A DNA stretch of 64,000 bases from an uncultured delta proteobacterium. GTDB taxonomy: Bacteria > Desulfobacterota > Binatia > Binatales > Binataceae. The stretch covers positions 4,437 to 68,436 of the forward strand of contig CAVVGR010000014.1 of the NCBI GenBank assembly GCA_963747845.1. The letters are read 5' to 3'. Positions 55,756-64,000 of the stretch are shown piece by piece. The translations under genes and the position numbers were made by a program. The notes below the pieces were generated by a model, which was given only the letters and a program-made list of their open reading frames with translations, ran no database searches and had not been told where the DNA came from. Position 1 is the first letter of the stretch, and the number at the start of each line of letters is the position of its first letter.

Positions 55756-56154
55756 CTACCGCTTGGAGTATTGCGGCCGTTTGCGCGCCTTGTGGCGGCC
55801 GTACTTCTTGCGCTCGACCTCGCGCGGATCGCGCGTCAGCATCCCGCCCTTGCGCAGCGTCGGCCGCAGCGTCTCGGTTGCGGTGATCAATGCGCGCGAT
55901 ATCCCATGACGGACCGCGTCGGCCTGCGCTGCAATTCCGCCGCCCTCGACGCTTACCAGCACATCGTACTGGCCAACCGTCTCGGTCGCCTCGAACGGCT
56001 CCAGGATCCGCATGCGCGACGTCGGCCGCGGGAAGTAGTCCTCGAGCGTGCGCGAGTTCACGGTGATAGTGCCGGTGCCGGGAAGCATCCTGACGCGCGC
56101 CACCGCGGTCTTGCGACGCCCGGTCGTCCAGATGATGTTTTTCTTTTCTGCCAT
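55756..56154 (-). CDS. rpsI: 30S ribosomal protein S9
   Basis: [21 protein letters not shown]...[14 protein letters not shown]. Confidence 0.95.
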   Translation of the reverse strand: MAEKKNIIWTTGRRKTAVARVRMLPGTGTITVNSRTLEDYFPRPTSRMRILEPFEATETVGQYDVLVSVEGGGIAAQADAVRHGISRALITATETLRPTLRKGGMLTRDPREVERKKYGRHKARKRPQYSKR

Positions 56155-56191
56155 ATGACGATCGTGCCTTGTTATGCGCTGATTGTATTAT

Positions 56192-56638
56192 TCAAACGCT
56201 GACGCTTTTGGGCTTCTGCGCGGCATGCGGATGCTCGGCGCCGCGATAGATTTTAAGCTTGTTGAAAATCTGATGGCCGAGACGATTCTTCGGCAGCATT
56301 CCCTTGACCGCTATCTCGAGCAGGCGCTCGGGCTTGTCTTCGAGCAGCTTGCCCGCCGAGGTCGTGCGGATGCCGCCGGGCCATTCGGTATGACGATGAT
56401 ACAGTTTGGTCTGCGTTTTCGATCCCGTCAGGCGAACCTTGGCGGCGTTGATGATCACGACGAAGTCGCCGGTATCCTGGTTGGGGGTGTAATCGGGGCG
56501 CGTTTTGCCGGTCAGCAGGCTTGCGGCGCGCGACGCAACTCGTCCAAGCGATCGTTCGGTCGCATCGATCACGACCCAGTTGCGGTCTCGCAGTCCGCTT
56601 TCGCGGGAGATGCTGCGGGTTTGTTCGGTCAGCTTCAA
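56192..56638 (-). CDS. rplM: 50S ribosomal protein L13
   Basis: TTG start gives MKLTEQTRSISRESGLRDRNWVVIDA...IAVKGMLPKNRLG. The longer track ORF runs into the tRNA. Confidence 0.9.
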   Translation of the reverse strand: MKLTEQTRSISRESGLRDRNWVVIDATERSLGRVASRAASLLTGKTRPDYTPNQDTGDFVVIINAAKVRLTGSKTQTKLYHRHTEWPGGIRTTSAGKLLEDKPERLLEIAVKGMLPKNRLGHQIFNKLKIYRGAEHPHAAQKPKSVSV

Positions 56639-56664
56639 GTTGATGCACCTAAAAAGGTAAATTT

Positions 56665-56742
56665 TGGCGGGGCCGATGGGATTTGAACCCACGACTTCCG
56701 ACGTGACAGGCCGGCGTTCTAACCGGGCTGAACTACGACCCC
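56665..56742 (-). tRNA. tRNA-Asp (anticodon GTC)
   Basis: GGGGTCG-TA-GTTCAGCCCGGTTAGAAC-G-CCGGC-CTGTCAC-GTCGG-AAGTC-GTGGG-TTCAAAT-CCCAT-CGGCCCC-G-CCA. Close to E. coli tRNA-Asp. Confidence 0.85.
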
Positions 56743-56811
56743 GCCCGAACCATCTGTTGTGACATTTTCAAGCCCGCGTAGCAACAACGCACTGCATCTG
56801 GCCCGCTCAGA

Positions 56812-56965
56812 ATAGCCTCTCCCTATCAGGGAGAGGCCGCGCCTCCGGCGCGGGTGAGGGTCCAAATTCCTAGTTCTTAATGGCCTCCCCTATCAAGAGA
56901 CCTTGCAAAACCTTGGTCGAGGTTCTCTCTCCTCTCCCTGCAAGGGAGAGGATGAAGGTGAGGGT
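56812..56965. repeat. cluster of REP-like hairpin units (CCTCTCCC-loop-GGGAGAGG ... GTGAGGGTCC), three copies
   Basis: 56812-56860, 56881-56905 (degenerate) and 56927-56965. The last unit plus ~50 bp downstream is repeated at 61843-61930. Confidence 0.6.
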
Positions 56966-57025
56966 CCTTGTCCAGCGCGCATTTTTCGCGCGCGATTCAC
57001 GATTCCGCCTCTACTCTGATTATAC

Positions 57026-58063
57026 CTACGCGACGCGGCGCATCAGCTCGAGGATGTCGTAGCCGGTTATCTCGCGGCTCTTTGCTGACCAATCGCGCAG
57101 CTCCGTCTCTGACACCATGCCGGCTTGGGCGCCCTTGGCAAGATCCATCAGGCCGATTTTTATCGTCGCTTCGTCGATCATCTCGCCCGATTTCGGATCG
57201 GCCATCGAGCCGCCGCCCTTCTCGTGGTAGAGCTTGATCACGCGGCGCGCTTCTTCGACCTGATCGACGCTCGGCGTGTAGCACGAGTTGGCGATCTCCG
57301 CCTGCTGCGGATGTATCACCCAGGTGCCGTCCATCCCGAGGTTCGCGGCTCCCACATTCTTCTCGCGCAGGCCCGCCTGCAGTTCCTTGACGCGCTCGGG
57401 CGAGTCGGTGTTGCGCCACAGGCGCAGGTAGACGTTGTCGATCGCGTGCAGGCCGGCGGCCTTGGCGGCAACGACTACCGCCTGCTTCGAGTAGTGAAAA
57501 TTCTGGTTCTGATTCTCGACGATCTCGCGGATGCCGAGATTTGCGGCGTAGTCCGCGATGCCAAACACCAGCCCGCACATCCGGTCCGACGCGGTCGCGA
57601 TTTCGTATGCGTGGATCAGCGCGTGTGGCGTCTCGATCAGAGACTCGATCTGGATGCGGTACTTCCATCCGGCGCGCTTTTCGAGATCGTCGAGCAGCTT
57701 CGACACCTCGCGAATTTCCTCGGGACCGCGCGTCTTCGGCAGCATAATGCCGTGAAAGCGATTCGGTGCGCCAAGCACGATCGCCTCCATATCGCCCTTG
57801 AAAAACTTCGAATGGATATTGTTGGGGCGCACCGTCACGACCTTCTTGCCGAAGTCGAGCGTGTTGAGCGCCTCGACCATCACCTTGCGGCTCTTCTCGC
57901 CCTTGAATTCGTACGGGCACGCGTCCTCGAAGTCCGCCATCACGTGATCGACCGGCGCCTTCACCGCGTCGGCGGCCGTGATGTGCAGCTTCATGTTGTG
58001 ACCGGGATAGGTCATCTCGGTGCGCGGAATTACGAAGCGTGTGCCTTTGTCGAGTACGTACAT
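57026..58063 (-). CDS. HpcH/HpaI aldolase / citrate-lyase beta (CitE)-like protein; candidate malyl-CoA/beta-methylmalyl-CoA lyase
   Basis: 345-aa ORF aligning in outline with Mcl/CitE (DFEDA..., IESLIETPHA). Confidence 0.7.
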   Translation of the reverse strand: MYVLDKGTRFVIPRTEMTYPGHNMKLHITAADAVKAPVDHVMADFEDACPYEFKGEKSRKVMVEALNTLDFGKKVVTVRPNNIHSKFFKGDMEAIVLGAPNRFHGIMLPKTRGPEEIREVSKLLDDLEKRAGWKYRIQIESLIETPHALIHAYEIATASDRMCGLVFGIADYAANLGIREIVENQNQNFHYSKQAVVVAAKAAGLHAIDNVYLRLWRNTDSPERVKELQAGLREKNVGAANLGMDGTWVIHPQQAEIANSCYTPSVDQVEEARRVIKLYHEKGGGSMADPKSGEMIDEATIKIGLMDLAKGAQAGMVSETELRDWSAKSREITGYDILELMRRVA

Positions 58064-58086
58064 TGATAGTTCTCCCGCAGATTTTT

Positions 58087-58570
58087 TCAGGCTGGCAGGT
58101 AATGAGTCTTGCGCTTGATCAAAACGGTGCGCTCGATTTCGACGACGACGGTGCCGTCAGGCTTCTTGCCGATCAATTTGAACTTCACCAAGCCGGCGTC
58201 GGGCCGGTCGGCGTCGCGCTTTTCGAGCACAGTGGACTCGGCGTAAATCGTATCGCCGTGAAAGACCGGGTTGGTATGCTTGCCGTTGTCCATCTCGACT
58301 TCGGCGATCGCGTTCTCGCTGGTGTCCTCCGACGCGAGCCCGACCGTGAACGCCAGCACGACGCCGCCGTACACCAGCAGCTTGCCGCCGACGTACGCGC
58401 CCGGATTTTTGTCGATCAGAGTCCTGGTTGAAGTGCAGCTCCGCCGTGTTCATCACGAGCGAAGTGAAATTATGATTGTCGGCTTCCGTGATCGTGCGGC
58501 CGCGCTGATGCACCAGCGTGTCGCCGACCGTGAAATCCTCGAAGTAGCTGCCGTCGCCGGTGATGCTCAC
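58087..58570 (-). CDS. MaoC-like (R)-hydratase, hotdog fold; frameshifted near 58406-58435 (T5/A5 run)
   Basis: GTG start 2 nt after the ACAD stop. N-terminal part MSITGDGSYFEDFTVGDTLVHQRGRTITEADNHNFTSLVMN. The C-terminal hotdog half (LVYGGVVLAFTVGLASEDT...) is in ORF 58087-58374. Confidence 0.7.
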
Positions 58571-58572
58571 GT

Positions 58573-59740
58573 TCAGTTCTGCTCCATGATGCGCCGGCCG
58601 ATGACCTCGTACTGAATCTCGCTGGTGCCCTCGAAGATCGACAGCACGCGCGCGTCGCGCCAGAAGCGCTGCGCCTCGAACTCCATCGAGTAGCCGTAGC
58701 CGCCATGCACCTGCATCGCCTCGCGCGTGACCCGCTCGGCCATCTCGGCGGCGAACGCCTTGGCCAGGCCGGCCTCGTAGTCGCATCGCTTGCCCGTGTC
58801 TTTTTCAGCCGCCGCGAAGTAGCAAAGCTGGCGCGCCGCCTCGATCTCGACCGCCATGTGCGCGAGCTTGTGCCGTGATCACCTGGAAGTCGCCGATCGG
58901 CTGGCCGAACTGCTTGCGATCCTTCGCGTACTTGACCGCGCATTCGAACGCCGCCTGCGCGACGCCGACGCCGCGCGCCGCAGTCTGGATTCGCGCCGCC
59001 TCGTAACTCGCCATCAACTGGTAAAAGCCGCGCCCTTCCACGCCGCCTATCAGGTTCGCCTTCGGCGCGAACGCGTCGTCGAACTGGAGCGCGTAACTGC
59101 GCATCCCGTGGTAGCCGATGGTCGGAATCGGCGATCCGGTCAGCGTCGGCGGCATGAAGTCGTCGCCGGGCTGCTTCTCGAACAGGATCAGCGACAGTCC
59201 CTTGTGCTTCTTCGACATGTCGGGGTCGGTGCGCGTCATCACGGTCAGCATGTGCGCGCGATTGGCGAACGTGCACCACATTTTCGAGCCTTTGATCAGG
59301 TAGCCGTCGCCATCCTTCACCGCGCGCGTCTTGAACGACGCCGTGTCGCTGCCCGAATCGGGCTCGGTGAAGGCCGCCGCCGTCAGAATTTCGCCGCGCG
59401 CAATCGGCGGCAGGAATTTCTTTTTCTGCTCGGGCGTGCCGTTGGCGCTGATCAGAGTGCCGGTGATGATGTTGCGGGTCATCACCGAGCCGACGCTGAG
59501 CCATCCGCGCGACAACTCCTCGGTGACGATCGCCATCGAGATGTAGTCGAGGCCCATGCCGCCCTCTTCGGCGGGGAAGATCACGCCGAAGTAGCCGAGC
59601 TCGGCCATCTGCTTGAGGATGCGCTCGGGGATTTCCTTGTTCGCGCGATCGAGATCGTTGGCGATGGGCTTGACCTCGGCCTCGACAAACTCGCGGACCG
59701 ATCGCCGGATAAATTCATGCTCAGGCGTAACCAGAGGCAT
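58573..59740 (-). CDS. acyl-CoA dehydrogenase; frameshifted near 58874 (extra G)
   Basis: N-terminal and middle domains in ORF 58805-59740. The C-terminal helical domain (HKLAHMAVEIEAARQLCY...QVHGGYGYSMEF) is in ORF 58573-58857. Confidence 0.8.
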
Positions 59741-59749
59741 CGTGTGCTC

Positions 59750-60220
59750 CTAAGCGGGAGGATTGCGCTTGCGAATCAGGACCGGCCGCTCGTACTCGAG
59801 CACTTTTTCGCCGCGTTGGTTGTAGCCGGTGGTGCGGAACTTGACGACGCCGCGATCGGGCCGCGAGGTGTCGCGCTTGGACAGCACCAGCGACTCCGAA
59901 GTAATCGTGTCGCCGGGATAGACCGTCTCGTGCCATTTCATTTTCTCGTAGCCGAGATGCGCGATGGCGCGTTCGCTCAAATCCTCGACCGACAGCCCGA
60001 ACACGACGTTCATCACGAGCATGTGATTGACGACTACATTCTTATAGCCGAGGCCCTGCGCATACTCGCGATTGAAGTAGATGGGGTTGAAGTTCATCGT
60101 GACGCTGGAGAAAAAGCTGTTGTCGCCTTCGGTTACCGTGCGACCCCAATGATGCTTGAAAAGATGGCCCACCTCGAAGTCCTCGAAGTAGTGGCCACGC
60201 TCGATTTTGCGCACCGCCAT
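59750..60220 (-). CDS. MaoC-like dehydratase (hotdog fold)
   Basis: 156-aa ORF, intact. Confidence 0.75.
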   Translation of the reverse strand: MAVRKIERGHYFEDFEVGHLFKHHWGRTVTEGDNSFFSSVTMNFNPIYFNREYAQGLGYKNVVVNHMLVMNVVFGLSVEDLSERAIAHLGYEKMKWHETVYPGDTITSESLVLSKRDTSRPDRGVVKFRTTGYNQRGEKVLEYERPVLIRKRNPPA

Positions 60221-60365
60221 ATCAGTCAGGCTGCCTTCTTCCGGTTAACGTAGAGTCGCGAAAAGTCCTGAGGCCGAACTCGTTTTTTATGGAATTAACA
60301 GATGCGCGTCAACCGAGCGCCGGCCACAGGAGCCGCGAGATCTTCTCTCCGCGACTGAAATTTGG

Positions 60366-60410
60366 TCCCTCTTCCCGCGCGGGAAGGGGTTAGGGGTTAG
60401 GTATTCTGTA
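60366..60410. repeat. REP-like hairpin unit CTTCCCGCGCGGGAAGGGG + TTAGGGGTTAGGT
   Basis: Same family as 4100-4137 and 4474-4550. Confidence 0.55.
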
Positions 60411-60583
60411 GGCAGCACCCGCGCTTATTAGCCGTTCCCTAACACCTGAAAGGTCAGTATTGTCAAATCTGCCACAAACAGGTAGCTAATTCCGACGCGC
60501 ATTTGACCGCAAATCGAGCCAGACTGGAGCCAACCGGGATCGCCGCTCGTCACGGAGCATCGGCGCGGTAGTAACCGATTGAT

Positions 60584-61837
60584 ATGAGCCAAAAGGAAAT
60601 CTACGAGATTGGACAGGTGCCCCCGATTGGGCACGTACCGCCGCAGATGTATGCGCAGGTGATCCGCGCGGACCGCTTCGGCGACCCGATGCATGCGTTC
60701 AAGGTCGAGAAGATCGCGGTGCCCGAGATTCGCGCCGACGAGGTGCTGGTCTACGTCATGGCGGCGGGCGTCAATTTCAACAACGTGTGGGCGGCGCTCG
60801 GCTCGCCGATCAACGTGATCAGCGCGCGCCAGAAAGCGAAATACGATCACTCGGATTTTCATATCGGCGGCAGCGACGCGTCGGGAATCGTCTATGCGAT
60901 CGGGCATGACGTGCATAACGTCAAGGTCGGCGACCGCGTCGTGATCCATTGCGGCATCTGGGATCGCCATTGCGCCGCGGTCCGCAACGGCGACGATCCG
61001 ATGTACGACCCGACCTTCAAGATCTGGGGCTACGAAACCAACTGGGGCAGCTTCGCCCAGTTCGCGCGCGTGCAGGCGCATCAGTGCATGCCCAAGGCGA
61101 AGCATCTGACGTGGGAAGAAGCCGCAGGACCCACGCTGGTGGGCGCAACCGCATACCGGATGCTGATGGGATGGGCGCCGCACGTCGTGCGCCGCGACGA
61201 CGTCGTGCTGATTTGGGGCGCGTCGGGCGGCCTCGGCTGCATGGCGATTCAAATCGTGAAAGCTGAAGGCGGAATCCCGGTCGGCATCGTCGGCGACGAT
61301 CGCAAGATAGATTTTTGCATCAAGCTCGGCGCCAAGGGCTGCATCAACCGCAAGAAGTATCTGCACTGGGGCATGATGCCGCATTGGAAGGATACCGCGG
61401 CATACAACAAGTGGGCCGCGGAATGCCGCGCGTTCGGCAAAGCGGTCTGGGACATCGTCGGCGAGCGGAAAAATCCGCGCATCGTGTTCGAGCATCCCGG
61501 CGAAGACACTATTCCCACTTCGGTGTTCGTCTGCGACACCGGCGGGATGGTCGTCATTTGCGCTGGCACCACCGGCTACAACGCGGTCGCGGACTTGCGC
61601 TACCTGTGGATGCGGCAGAAGCGCCTGCAGGGCTCGCACTTCGCCAACGACGAGCAGGCGTACGCCTTCAATCAGCTCGTGCTCGACGGCAAGATCGATC
61701 CGTGCCTCGCGAAAACCTACAAGTTCGACGAGATCCCCGAATGCCACCAGGCGATGCATGAAAATCGCGCCCCCGAAGGCAAAATGGTCGCCCTGGTAGG
61801 CGCACCGAAAGCCGGCCTGAAAGATCTCCCGCTGTAA
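60584..61837 (+). CDS. ccr: crotonyl-CoA carboxylase/reductase
   Basis: [24 protein letters not shown]...[35 protein letters not shown]...[10 protein letters not shown]...RLQGSHFAN matches characterised Ccr enzymes nearly motif for motif. Confidence 0.85.
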   Translation: MSQKEIYEIGQVPPIGHVPPQMYAQVIRADRFGDPMHAFKVEKIAVPEIRADEVLVYVMAAGVNFNNVWAALGSPINVISARQKAKYDHSDFHIGGSDASGIVYAIGHDVHNVKVGDRVVIHCGIWDRHCAAVRNGDDPMYDPTFKIWGYETNWGSFAQFARVQAHQCMPKAKHLTWEEAAGPTLVGATAYRMLMGWAPHVVRRDDVVLIWGASGGLGCMAIQIVKAEGGIPVGIVGDDRKIDFCIKLGAKGCINRKKYLHWGMMPHWKDTAAYNKWAAECRAFGKAVWDIVGERKNPRIVFEHPGEDTIPTSVFVCDTGGMVVICAGTTGYNAVADLRYLWMRQKRLQGSHFANDEQAYAFNQLVLDGKIDPCLAKTYKFDEIPECHQAMHENRAPEGKMVALVGAPKAGLKDLPL

Positions 61838-61842
61838 AATTC

Positions 61843-61930
61843 TGTCTCCTCTCCCAGAAAGGGAGTGGATGAAGGCGAGGGTCTTTTTACATCGCCCTGC
61901 GCGATTCAGGATTCTGCCTCCCTCTGTGAT
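61843..61930. repeat. REP-like unit (TCTCCTCTCCC-AGAAA-GGGAGTGGATGAAGGCGAGGGTC + conserved tail), copy of 56927-57020; may double as the ccr terminator
   Basis: Alignment with 56927-57020 retains the hairpin, GATGAAGG(Y)GAGGGTC and CGCGATTCA(S)GATTC(Y)GCCTC. Followed by TTTTT. Confidence 0.55.
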
Positions 61931-62451
61931 CAGCTCCCACCGGCGATCCGGGACACCAGATACACATACACCGCGACTGTCGGATAGAACGTCGTGGCGA
62001 AGCCGAACGCGCGCGCAGGGCCCGAGTGATGGTACCCGATCCAGAACGTCACGCGTCCAATCACGAACAGCATGACCAGTACTGCGACGGCGCGAATCGA
62101 CTCGGGTGCGACGATCGTCACGAGCGCGAGGTGCGCGACGATCGCGAGCACCAACTGCTCCAAGGTGTTCTGCAGATAGCGCCGGTCGATCTCGATTGCG
62201 GGCGAGGTGCCGCCCTCAATCGCGTCGGCGATGAAGAACCGCCGGTTTGCGATCATCGCAACGCCCGCGACCATGCATAGCGCCGCGAGCACTTCCCATC
62301 GCAGCGCATATTCGAGCCGCCATGACGTCTCGATTCCGCCGGGCGGCGTCACGCCAAAGTCCGTCAGCCGAAATACAACCTCGAAGAACACCACGCTGAA
62401 TATGCTTGCCGCGGCCATTCCGGCCAGCACTTTTTTCTGATCGTTCGACAT
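61930..62451 (-). CDS. MAPEG-family-like small membrane protein
   Basis: 173 aa, 4 TM helices, RRYLQNTLEQL resembles the MAPEG R-x3-N-x2-E motif. Confidence 0.5.
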   Translation of the reverse strand: MSNDQKKVLAGMAAASIFSVVFFEVVFRLTDFGVTPPGGIETSWRLEYALRWEVLAALCMVAGVAMIANRRFFIADAIEGGTSPAIEIDRRYLQNTLEQLVLAIVAHLALVTIVAPESIRAVAVLVMLFVIGRVTFWIGYHHSGPARAFGFATTFYPTVAVYVYLVSRIAGGS

Positions 62452-62506
62452 ATCGGCCTCCGCCGCTCACGCTGGATATTCGACCGGATTACAATCATCG
62501 TCGATC

Positions 62507-64000
62507 ATGGCCTCGGTTGCAGCGGTCGAATCTCACCTGCGCGACATAATCGAAGGTGAAGTGCGCTTCGACGCGGGCACGCGCGCGGCCTACGCCACCG
62601 ACGCGTCGAACTATCGCCAGGTACCGGTGGGCGTGGTGATTCCGCGGCATGAGGGCGACGTGATTGCGGCGCTGTCGATCGCGCGCGAAAACTCGATGCC
62701 GCTGCTCGCGCGCGGCGGCGGCACCAGCCTCGCAGGACAGGCGTGCAACGCGGCGCTCGTGCTCGATTTCTCCAAGTACATGAACCGCGTCCTCGCCATC
62801 GACCCCGACGCGCGCGTCGCCCAGGTCGAACCCGGCGTCGTCCAGAGCCATCTCAACGCCGCGCTCGCGCCGCATGGCCTGTTCTTCGCGCCGGATCCCT
62901 CGACCAAAGATCGATGCACGATCGGCGGGATGATCGGCAACAACTCATGCGGCGCGCATTCTGCGGCGCACGGCAAGACGGTCGACAACGTCGAGGCGCT
63001 CGAGGTCATCCTGTACGACGGCACGCAGCTTTCGCTGACGGGCTCGATCGACGATGCGCAGCTCGGCACGGCAATCGGGCGCGGCGGCCGCGAAGGCGAT
63101 CTCTACGCGCGCGTCCGCGAGCTGCGCGACCGCTCCGCCGATTCAGTGCGCGCCCATTTCCCGAAGCTGCCGCGGCGCGTGTCGGGCTACAACCTCGACG
63201 AGCTGATGCCGGAGCGCGGCTTCAATCTTGCGCGCGCAATCGTTGGCTCCGAGGGCACGCTCGCAGTCGTCCTGCGCGCGACGATCCGTGCAGTGCCGCG
63301 CCCGAACGAGGTCGCGCTGGCCGTGCTCGGATTCGACGACGTGTTTGTCGCGGCGGATCAAACTCCGTGGCTGCTCGAGCATCGCCCGGACGCGCTCGAA
63401 GGCTTCGACCAGAATCTGCCCGACCTCGCGCGCATCAAAAACATGCCCGGCGTGCGCTTTCTGCCCGCCGGGCGCGCGTTTCTGCTGGTCGAGCTCGGGG
63501 GCGCGTCGCGCGACGAAGCGCGCGAGCGTGCCGAACGCGTGATTGCGCATGCGCGCGCGCTGCGCGAATGCACAGGAGCCGCTTATCTCGCCGATGCGCG
63601 CGAGCAGGCCGCGGTCTGGAATATTCGCGAGTCGGGACTCGGCTCGAGCGCGTACATCCCGGGCCGTCCGCGCTTCTGGCCGGGCGCCGAAGACGCCGCG
63701 GTGCCGCCGGCGAGGCTCGGCGCGTTTCTGCGCGGCTTCGATCGCATCCTCGCGCAGCGCAGCCTCAAGGTTGCGACCTACTACGGACACTTCGGCGAAG
63801 GATGCGTTCACGCGCGCATCAATTTCGATTTGGCGAGCGCGCCGGGCGTCGCCACGTTTCGCGCAGCGATGCTCGAGATCGGCGAGCTCGTTACCAGTCT
63901 CGGCGGCTCGCTCTCGGGCGAGCATGGCGACGGGCTGGCGCGCTCCGAGTTGCTGCCGATGATGTTCCAGCCCGACCTGATCGACGCGTTCCGCGACTTC
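62507..64000 (+). CDS. FAD-linked oxidase (GlcD / D-lactate dehydrogenase-like), 3'-partial at the window end
   Basis: FAD_binding_4-type N-terminus (PLLARGGGTSLAGQ), open in frame to 64000 without a stop. Confidence 0.75.
   Translation, partial: MASVAAVESHLRDIIEGEVRFDAGTRAAYATDASNYRQVPVGVVIPRHEGDVIAALSIARENSMPLLARGGGTSLAGQACNAALVLDFSKYMNRVLAIDPDARVAQVEPGVVQSHLNAALAPHGLFFAPDPSTKDRCTIGGMIGNNSCGAHSAAHGKTVDNVEALEVILYDGTQLSLTGSIDDAQLGTAIGRGGREGDLYARVRELRDRSADSVRAHFPKLPRRVSGYNLDELMPERGFNLARAIVGSEGTLAVVLRATIRAVPRPNEVALAVLGFDDVFVAADQTPWLLEHRPDALEGFDQNLPDLARIKNMPGVRFLPAGRAFLLVELGGASRDEARERAERVIAHARALRECTGAAYLADAREQAAVWNIRESGLGSSAYIPGRPRFWPGAEDAAVPPARLGAFLRGFDRILAQRSLKVATYYGHFGEGCVHARINFDLASAPGVATFRAAMLEIGELVTSLGGSLSGEHGDGLARSELLPMMFQPDLIDAFRDF

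Noticed and set aside
56639-56692. N-terminal extension of the rplM ORF (MGSNPIGPAKIYLFRCIN)
   Set aside because: Overlaps tRNA-Asp. L13 homology begins at the TTG at 56638.
57125-60253. Plus-strand ORFs of 313 and 465 aa
   Set aside because: Antisense to the lyase/MaoC/ACAD operon.
60428-61759. 443-aa minus-strand ORF
   Set aside because: Antisense to ccr, whose identity is very strong.
63143-63925. 260-aa minus-strand ORF
   Set aside because: Antisense to the partial FAD-linked oxidase gene.

Overview
This 64-kb window comes from a high-GC (~63-65%) bacterial chromosome. It carries a conserved housekeeping block on the + strand (tig-clpP-clpX-lon-hupB-tRNA-Val, 4.8-11.3 kb). On the - strand there is an hppA proton-pyrophosphatase (1.6-3.9 kb) and an rpsI-rplM-tRNA-Asp block (55.7-56.7 kb). 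The sequence between these blocks looks accessory. It holds an EEP-family phosphoesterase convergent with a class-III cyclase/AAA+/TPR signalling ATPase. A ~15-kb island (15.2-29.8 kb) encodes large secreted repeat proteins: a CSLREA/parallel beta-helix protein, an NHL-repeat protein, a beta-propeller lipoprotein, a TAT-exported GMC oxidoreductase and a ~1460-aa G8-domain/CEMIP-like protein. Further downstream lie an APH-ACAD operon, hydrolases, MFS and RND transporters, a CHASE2 cyclase-FecR trio, and a crotonyl-CoA carboxylase/reductase divergent from a MaoC-ACAD-MaoC-HpcH/CitE lyase operon (ethylmalonyl-CoA-pathway-like). No CRISPR array, integrase, transposase or phage genes were found. 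About 20 genes are split by single-base indels, several in homopolymer runs, and one of them is the normally essential argC. This points more to consensus indel errors (long-read/homopolymer chemistry or strain-mixed MAG consensus) than to true pseudogenes, but the sequence alone cannot decide. Small GC-rich hairpin repeat families (REP-like) and a ~500-bp imperfect palindrome lie in intergenic regions.
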